Positions 12,830-22,700 of a stretch of DNA of 64,000 bases are shown one piece after another. Source of the DNA: Podarcis gaigeae (taxonomy: Eukaryota); assembly GCA_964106915.2 (NCBI GenBank), contig OZ066921.1; one strand, 5' to 3'. Numbering within the stretch: the stretch's first letter is position 1; the number at the start of each line of letters is the position of its first letter. The translations under genes were made by a program, and so were the position numbers. The notes under the pieces were generated by a model that worked only from the letters and a program-made list of their open reading frames with translations, ran no database searches and had not been told where the DNA came from.

Positions 12830-15303
12830 AAAGGGCCACTATTAAATCGCTTAAAAGCTAACATTTTAAAAGTTGGTAGCCTGCTATGAATGGAGGCTGC
12901 TATCCTTGTTGAGAAATCTATGCCTATTGCCCACAGACTGATTGTATTCATTTTTTACTCTTAATCATCTGTATATATAAAATATACTGTTTGTGAACTA
13001 TGTTTGAGTGTAAATTCTCTCTAGACCTCCCTAAAGCATAAATTGCCCACTCTGACCATTTCCCACTTGGTATTTATTAAACCTCTGACTTGGAAGCAAA
13101 CTTAGAAGCACCAGTTTTAGAAATAGCATACATGCAGGATATAGGTCAGTATGCACCATTACAGATCAGGATAGCCATTCAGGGAGGCTTACCTCTTCCA
13201 CTAGTACCGTAAGTTGGTCTCTGCAATTAGCTTTGAACCTAATGGTCACCAGGTACGGGTAACCACCTTTGTTCCAGTGATGCTGACTTCAAAGGACCCC
13301 ATACCTTGCAAGTTGTACAGTACCCAGTGCAAGCAGAGGCAATGCCAGGTCTAGCTTAGGCAATAAAGTTCAAGCAGCTAAGGCAGGTTATGTGGTTGGG
13401 CATGCAGCTACAAACATACTGGCTTAAAAGCCTAAGGACCATGTAACTTAGGGGTAACCAGTTTGGTGCTTGCTAGCAGTTGCTGGACATACAACTCCAC
13501 AGGTTTGCCAGAGGTTGAATTGAGGGATGTTGTACAGCAGCCTTTGGGGAGCACCATGTTGGCTGTCCCTGATATAACTACCGTATCCTGTGAAATGCAT
13601 TGCCTTGAACAACAAAGCTGGTAGGATCCCAGTGTTTGGATGGGGTCACACTGATCATAATGAGAGAGATAATAAGATGGCCTTTCCAAGGACAAAATTA
13701 TGTTCTTTCCTGCACTTAACAAGGCAGAAGTGTTAGGTCCTCATTTTTCCATAGCCAAAGAATCCTTCTGACTGAAGCATCTGAAGGGGTTCACAACTCA
13801 AGGATGGACTAAAGTTAAGATCTGGAGCACTGGCTCTTCAGACCTTGGCATTCATTGCCCAAGCTATAATTCTGAAATTTTCCTCGAAATTAAAAAGCTT
13901 AGCAGATTCTCACAAGATTGTAGAGATGTGACAAGTGTTAGAGATGCACTCTGAGCTGGGCTTAGAGTACCTTATACACACTTCCACTGTCAACACTCCC
14001 ATCTAGAACACTGTGTCAAATTCAGTTACAAGAAAGCAGAACTGATTCTGGTGGTGCTGCTTCACTGGTCTTGAAGGACTTGGGTTACAGAACTACTACA
14101 ATCAACCTGACCAAGTCTCTGTCCAAAGCTATGAGAAACTACTAAATGTTCTCCCAAAACATTTCTCTCTCAGGCAATGCAGGTTTTGCTTCAGCCATGC
14201 TGCAATGGGGGAAGCACTTTACCCAAATACTTCTTGATGCCAGAAAGCCCTAGCTAGGGTTTGGGGGGAAGGGATTTCAATGCCTCATCTGAAGCGCTAT
14301 TGGAGTTTTGCATTCCATACTGCTGCACAAGAACTCAACCGAGATTGTGAAAAGAACTTCAGACCAGGCAGACACTGAACCAATCAAGTAAATTTCCTCT
14401 CAAGTTGCTGCCCTGGAAATACTTGTTCTTAGTTGTCATAACATTGGCCAGACAAATTTCAGCCCTTGTTGTTGTATCAGTCAGTGCTGACTAAACTAAT
14501 CTTTCCTGCACCCTGAAGGTCAAAACTTTGCTTCATATGCCTCAGGAGTATCTAGATTGTGTCCAATGCTACACACCCAGAGTTCCACTAATGGAACAGG
14601 ACTGCCCCTTTCTCTCCCCACACCCTCAAAACCTGCTCCAATCTTCTGGAGTGGATTTTGAGAGTACGGGAAGGGGAGAGTTTTGTTGTGCAAGCAGGTC
14701 TACTGCACTTGGGAAACAGCAGCACTGGATATGACCCCATGTCCCTAACCTTTTGTCTAAAGCACACAGACACCAAAGAGAACTGATGGCATACTTGACT
14801 TTGGTAAACATTATCAGTTGAGTACTCTCCTCCCCAAAGGCACCCCCATTCTTGTTATTCAAGAAAGAAAATGGCAGAAAGGCTAGCCCCCCACCCAGAA
14901 TAGTCAGTGCTGCTATCCAACATCCCTTGTTTGGATCCCCCACCTCAAAGCACCTCAGCTGAATTACATGCTGAAACTACCAGACAGGACTTAGTCCAAC
15001 GCTTTAGCACAGGCCAGCCTACAGTGCAAGTGAGGAGAGTGACAGTTGCCTGGTTCCCTTCCATCTACTGAAGAGAATGAACATCCAGAGTAACGCAAAT
15101 GTCCCTCTCTAATTGCCAGGTGTTGCACTTGTCTAGCAGAGCAATGTGCTTTACATACAGCCACTCTCCAATTAGATATGAGAGCAAAATGTAATACAAC
15201 CCTCTCTCCTTGTCTTCCTATTGTAGCTTAGTCTTTGGCTTTTTAGCTGTGTGCTAAAAGAGACAGTAACCATACAAGGAGTAACTTCCAAATGTGATTT
15301 TGA

Positions 15304-15309
15304 TTTATT
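15304..15309 (-). terminator. VDAC3: probable VDAC3 polyadenylation signal AATAAA
   Basis: tttatt on + strand about 410 nt past the VDAC3 stop. Confidence 0.6.
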
Positions 15310-15720
15310 TCCACTTTGATGCAAAACCAAAGCTTTCACTACAGCACAGAGACCAGTTATACAAAAGGTCGTGAGGTGCAGGACATGCAGGATGTGATGT
15401 AGGAACACAGAAGGATGGGAGATTATTTCCTTTCACCAGATGCTATGCTGTCTTCTGAGGAACACATTTTAAAGAAACTGAGGAACTGAACTGAAATGTA
15501 GCACAACCATTACAACTTCCATGCATGCCTTCAAGTATTGCCCTTCATGGTAGGTTTGCACTCTCCAGACTTCAAATGTTGGGGGTTACAACAATTCTTT
15601 GGAAGAATATCAAGTTCACACTTTTTGAAGTTTCACGGAAGAGTTTAAGGCCAGAACATGTGGGGTTTGTTTTCTCCTTCATCTTCCAAATAAAGATCTA
15701 ATACTTCATTAAAACCTACA

Positions 15721-15812
15721 TTAAGCTTCGAGCTCAAATCCCAGCCCAATTTTATGGCCGCCAGTACTGAAATTCTTGCCATCGATCAGAGCAGAGAGAG
15801 TCAACTTCACAC
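15721..15812 (-). CDS. VDAC3: VDAC3 last coding exon ([30 protein letters not shown])
   Basis: cccag| acceptor, TAA at 15721-15723. Confidence 0.95.
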
Positions 15813-18800
15813 CTGGGAGAAACACAGTGCCATTATTAAGAGAATACAGCAGACTATCAACCAGTAAGGGAGAATAGGGGGGAAAGTCAGAAGAGAAGAC
15901 TCGCAGCTGAGAGAACCAGTGTGTGCTAGATCTCAAGGTAATTCTTTGGTAAGACTCCCATGCACCGAGGTTTCTCAGGCAAGTTGTTCTCTCTAGACAC
16001 ACATTGGCTACATTAGCTTCCCTTTGTGGCAGGATTTACTCAAGGCATAATCCAAAAATAAGGTGACGCATACTGTTCTTTACAGGGTTTGGACCCACTA
16101 ACCCATGATGCCCTGGAATTATCACTGGAATTTTCTAACTCGTTTTGTCCTACAGCCAAAATGCAAGCAAAATTAAGGTATGCATTCAATACATTCAACA
16201 GTTTACATACCAGGTCGTAAGGTCTGAGTGTAGCCAAGTCCAATGAGGCTGGCATTATTGACTTTGGCCTAGAAAGAAAAAAAGGAACATTCAACAGCGT
16301 TACCAGTTTTTACTTGCTTTCCTGAGAAAGTTTATGAAGAGTCAGCAGTCTTCTAGAACTAGATCTATCAGTAAAGAGATGGAAGATGCTGGTAGTTATA
16401 TGTTGGCAACTGCTTTCTGAGCATAAAAAGTCCCTCCTTCACCAGTCTGGGTAAAGGAATGGTGCCCACGCTAGTGGAAACACTAATGTTATTGCCCTTA
16501 AGCATCAATGTAGTCAAAATCCATTCTCCTGTGTGTCATGAAGAGGAAATGATCACATGCAATATAGTCAACATTACCCAGAAGGAAGGAAGATTGGATG
16601 TTAAACAAAACTTAGGGTAAAGGGTAAAGGGACCCCTGACCATTAGGTCCAGTCGTGACTGACTCTGGGGTTGCGGCGCTCATCTCACTTTACTGGCCGA
16701 GGGAGCCGGCGTACAGCTTCTGGGTCATGTGGCCAGCATGACTAAGCCACTTCTGGCAAACCAAAGCAGTGCACGAAAACGCCGTTTACCTTCCCGCCGG
16801 AGCAGTACCTATTTATCTACTTGCACTTTGACATGCTTTCGAACTGCTAGGTTGGCAGGAGCAGGGACCGAGCAACGGGAGCTCACCCCGTCGCGGGGAT
16901 TCGAACCACCCACCTGATCGGCAAGGACTAGGCTCTGGTTTAACCCACAGCGCCTCCTGTGTCCCTAAAAAAATCCTCAAAAACACAAAAGGCTTCATTC
17001 TTAGTAAGATGATAAATCTAAGCCCTTAACCTACAGGTGGAATACTGCTCCATATAAAACAGTACCCTGCATGCGGAAAGGCTACGTTCAAACCCTTCTC
17101 CCAGAGGACATATTCTATATGTAGGAAATTCAATAAGAGCAATAAGTTGGACCTGGATGAAGACTTATCTACCAAATGAGATCTCAATACAGTACGTAGG
17201 AGGACTGCCAAATACACCAAAAATCTCACAAATAGTGGAAGTCTTCCTACTCCCTAAGTTGATTCTACACAAACAATTCACAGCTAGCATAAACAAGCAA
17301 GTGAATTTGTTTTTATAAGACACTAGTCCATACTGAAACTTTCACTTGACAACTCGTATCACTGTAATTGTTCCATATAGGGTTCATACTAGAATCACAA
17401 GGAAAAGGTTAACATAAAACTTCTGCTATTGTTAAGACTGCTCCAAAGACATTTGAGGCATAAAGCCAAGAGGCAAGGAAAATGGGACAGTGCTATACAA
17501 TTAACTTGAAATTATCAGCACACATGTATAACATACCTCCAGAGGAGGGCAACCAAAATGGTCAAAGGCCTGAAAACGATGCCTTATGAGGAACGGCTAA
17601 GGGAGCTGGGCATGTTTAGCCTGGAGAAGAGGAGGTTAAGGGGTGATATGATAGCCATGTTCAAATATATAAAAGGATGTCACATAGAGGAGGGAGAAAG
17701 GTTGTTTTCTGCTGTTCCAGAGAAGCGGACACGGAGCAATGGATCCAAACTACAAGAAAGAAGATTCCACCTAAACATTAGGAAGAACTTCCTGACAGTA
17801 AGAGCTGCTCGACAGTGGAATTTGCTGCCAAGGAGCGTGGTGGAGTCTCCTTCTTTGGAGGTCTTTAAGCAGAGGCTTGACAACCATATGTCAGGAGTGC
17901 TCTGATGGTGTTTCCTGCTTGGCAGGGGGTTGGACTCGATGGCCCTTGTGGTCTCTTCCAACTCTATGATTCTATGATACTGGGAAGATGGCAAAATTCT
18001 TACCGAGACAGAAGCTTTATCATCCAACTGGTACTTGGTGGCAATACCAAACCGAGTGTTATTACTGCCAGCGGTCCAAGCAAGACTGACAGATGTTTCA
18101 ATGTTGCTATTAACCTTCTGATAGATGGAGCCACCAAATTCAGTGCCATCATTCCTATTTAAGAGATCAAATGAAGATTCCATTTTGCCTTTATAGAAGT
18201 TTTTCAACAATTGCAAATATTTGCCCTTATTCTCTTTACCTCTATCCCAGCCTTATTCTAGCTTGTATTGATTTTCTGTTTTTCTAGTCCGTCCCCACCC
18301 CACCCTGCTTTTAGGGCTAAGAGTGGCTGACAACAATTTTGAATAAAATGGTTAAATCCATATATATTCCCTTCTTGTCCTGACATTTTCCCTACTAGAC
18401 TAGAGGTTCTATAGCTAAAGTTAGACTTAGGTTAATATATGAAGATGCACCAATTATCAGCTGGAATAGGGAAAGATCTGAAATAATGACAAGCATAAAA
18501 ATGATATTTTTTTCCCCAGCTGGATTGAGAGGGAAGCACTTTCTGATATGAAGCAGAAAGACCAAATATAAGCTAAAATGTTCCTTTCTAAACTGCACTC
18601 TGAATGCAAGAGCAAGTGAATGGAGATTGAAAGGAGCCATTTCCCATCCAGATCTCCTTAGCTTCAGCATGTGCCTTCGTGATGGAATATACCCTGCTCC
18701 ATGCAAATTAACTACCTCGGTGCTAGCATAATGTGAGAGAACCAAAAGTAATTCAACTGTGCAGTCATTTCCTTTTTAATGAGTTCCTGGATCCTGGCAA

Positions 18801-21800
18801 ATGCCCTAGAAATCTACGGAGACTAAGAATTGTGCTCTTTCTGGGAAAGAACCATAGGTGGTCAGAGAAGACTTGGTTTGCAACCTTCAAGACTGAAGGC
18901 AAAGGTCACCTTCAACACAACCTCAAATTTAATCTCTTTCATGTATGCATATCGCCTGTCTTAGCAGAAAGCTCATATTGCATATTTTATTATGTTTTCT
19001 GGTTTCTGTACATTCTGGCCTCCTGACCACAAAAAAATACTTACACATTTGTGTGCAGCTGGAAGTCTGCTGCCTTATATCCCAATGCAAAGTTATTCTG
19101 TGAAAGTTTGGACTTGGCTGTGTCGAAAGCCATCTGATACCCAGCAAGCCAACCTTCATAGCCCAGAACAGCCCAGCCATGGATGGTTGGTCCAGCGAGG
19201 TCAATATCAACATTACAACCTAGGTTTAGATACTCCCGTTTATAGGATGTCTTCAACTTTCCACTCTTCTTCCTGGGAAGGTGTAAGAACAGGGAATCAA
19301 GTTTAATCCCACCTATAACCTCTAGTAGGCATTTCTTACAAACCCATACATTTAGCAGAGAACTGGGCATGAATTACCCCTGCGTGCTACCTGATGTTAC
19401 ATAATTGATTCAGTGTCACTGTCAATATTTCAATACATTCATTTAAAGACAGTCTTAAGCAAAAGAATAGGAAAGCACCTCCTATGTGAGCTAGCAGCTC
19501 CAGTACAACAGTCTGCAAGTGGTACCATCACCTATGAGGAAAGCACCCAGCTAAAAGTAGCCCTCTCGAGGGATGAATACTTACCCTGTGTTTGGTACAA
19601 ACATGGTTTCAAGGGTCAGCTTCAGTCCCTCAGCCAGCTGAAGTGAAAAAAGAAAAATATAGTACTCGACTTTAAAAAATAATTACTTAATAAGTGGTAT
19701 TTTCTTCCTACTTTTAAATGCTTCTACTTAGCATTTCTTGTTCTTTGTAAATTATGGTGGTCTGCAGCACAGAAAAATGGGGAAAAAAAGTATGATGGAA
19801 ATCCTAGAGAATCAAAAGTTTTCAAATGTTACAGTCTTTGAAAACCAGGCCATTATACATTACCTCATTATTTAGTGCCACCTGTGATAAAATGGAAGGT
19901 TCCCAAATTACATATAACTGAAAAGATCTCACACTTTTTGCCTCAAATACCTAACTAGCAGCCCAAGTACTTGTTGTTTCTGCATATGTGAATTCATTGA
20001 CATACTAATTATATTTCTTGGATTGAAACTCAAGAACTCACAAAAGCACACCTAGGCATTAATTTTTGATAGATTATAAAGCAGCTTCACCATTTGACGG
20101 TCAAGGTATATTCAGAACACCAATTTTCCCTACCTTCAGAGGTAAGGTGGCTGATAAATGGTGAGAGGACCTTTTCAGCAATGGTGTCTATCTGTAGATA
20201 TAGTCTGTAGATATCTCCAGATATAATCTACATTACATTACTACCAACCACTAACTTCAGAATCCCTCACCCCCACTTAAAAAACTCCCCACAACATAGA
20301 AAAAGCTATTTTACACAACTCATTCTTTCCCCATAAGCCTTTGCTTAATTTCTTCTAGTTTACCTGCTATGCTGAAGTCATGAATCCATTTCCTCTTACC
20401 TTATTCTCCATGGACAGTTCTGTCCCCAAGGTGTTGTCAGTGTTCCATTTCTGAGTGAACGTAAGTCCATAATCCTTGAACTTATATTTGGTCTCTAGGC
20501 TGCCTGAGGCTTTGCCTGTGTCTGTGTTGGAGGAACCAGTGGTGATAAATTCCTGTAAACATACCACATTTGAATTACAATGCAATCATGTTTTAAAATG
20601 AATATGCAATTCCAGCAAATCATGCAAGCTTTAGTTCCGCCTACACAATATGCTTTATAATCACCCTGCAACATTTATTCACATCTGCACTGGATTTCAT
20701 GGTCCTACCACATCTAACTTCTCCTTTCTGATGTCTGGAACCAACAATTATGGTTGGTGGAAACAACAAACGCTTCATAAGGTACAAAAAATTACAATAT
20801 ATTGGGTGCTAGACACAGCCACCAGAATGTTCACTGAAGGGCTTTCTGATAATACAGTTTCAATCTTTCCTGATCAATATCCTGCCCTACTTCCAAATAT
20901 TCTTTTAAGTAATCAGTTTGTGTGCATAAAAGAATTACACATTTGGAATCTTAAAACACAGCAGTTTTTTAATCAAGTGTGCAACACAGAAGTTGTGTTA
21001 CATGAGGCTAATACTTCTTTTCTTCAATAGTGTTGAAAGACTCATACTGCAACTGCTCCATTGACCATCTTAATGGAGCTTGCAGACCACCATTTGAGAA
21101 CCTCTGGTCTAGGTCATTACTCTTTCTTTATTTATTTAAAGCATCTATAAACCACTTATTTTTAAAATGAGCCTTGCATATCAGGCTATATATGTTACTA
21201 TTCAACAAAAAACCCTTCTAGTCAGCTTGCCTACAGTCTGCCTTGGTTGGCTATTTAGAGCCTAAGAGGCACACACAGACACCTGTAAGCTTTTGTGGCC
21301 ACCTAAAGCCTATTTTTATGTGCCACAGAAATCAGGCAAGTAGCTGATAATCAGGGTTATAAATAGCCAACTGCCTAATCTAAAGTTATGAGTCTGTGGG
21401 CACAGCCCATCTTTTTAGGTTATTTTTTGTACAGTGATTAGCTTCTTGGTGCTAGATGCTAATGTTGCCTTAGATACTGTACAATTTTACACACATACAA
21501 GTGCCTGACAACAACTTACAAGCTAATGAGGAAGAGAAGCAATTGGAAAAAAGAAAACAGGAAGGCAATTTTAGTTCAGAAACATGGTTCAGCTTCAACA
21601 CAGATTTTCCCTGGCTTAAGAAGGATATGACATCTTGGGTAACTTTCTGTGTGTGTGTGTGTGTGTGTAGCGGCCAGTTAAAAATAATTCCTAGATCCTC
21701 TTTAAAAAGGTTGAGCTGGCGCCAGTGGAGGAGAAACATTTCATTTAACTTTCTTTGTTTGCTGAGTGGGATGAAAAGAAAGAATCTTGCAGTCATATGA

Positions 21801-22652
21801 TCAGACCAGGATTTTCCTGGCAGCTGCAACAAGATCTGAGTGGGGAAGGCAAGAGTGCACACAACATATGTTACTTTTCATCTTACAACTGTCATATGTG
21901 ATGGTTGCTTAGACCCCCATATGTCTGGAGTGCCAAGCTCCACTTAATCTGAGCCAATCCCCAAATTCTGCTTTTGACGTGACATTTCAGCTCAGCACAT
22001 ACATGTGGAGTTATAGGTCTTCATGATGTCAGACAGATCAAAAAGGAAGGCCACAGCAGCATAGAGGCCTTCTAGCTTTACATGATTTTGTTGAAACACA
22101 TGATGGCCAGGAACGTAACCCCTGCATAAGATGCCAGTTACCTGTACTGTGCAGTTTGCAGAAATAAATTTTCTGAAACAATTGAGCAGAACTAGAATAC
22201 TAATGGTCAAAGGGATGGCGCATGACAACCAACAAACACCTTGGGAAGGAATAGAGCTCCAAGGAGGGCAATGAAGTGCCACACACCACACTAAAAAGTC
22301 TTTCCAAGATCCCTGCACTTAAGAGCCTTCAGAAGATGCTGCTCACATATCTTCAGAAATATGGATATGCATAAGAAGTCCTGTCATTATAAATATACAA
22401 ACTGCTGCAACTTCCAGGACCACCCTCTTTTCATATACAGTGGTACCTCTAGATACGAACGGAATCCGTTCCGGAGCCCCAATCGCATCTAGAAGCAAAC
22501 GTAACTAGCGATGGCACGACTGCGCACACCGCTTTTTGTCGCTTCTGCGCATGATGTCATTTTGAGCGTCTGCGCATGCGCAAGTGGCGAAACCCAGAAG
22601 TAACACACTCCGTTACTTCCGGGTTGCCGCGGAGTGCAACTCGAACGCAACC

Positions 22653-22700
<48 letters not shown>

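Noticed and set aside
21064-21070. ag|ATG|gt on the minus strand in the VDAC3 microexon intron, resembling the mammalian ATG exon
   Set aside because: Donor GTCAAT is weak and there is no adjacent Py tract; the CTG and CTT sites have much stronger signals.
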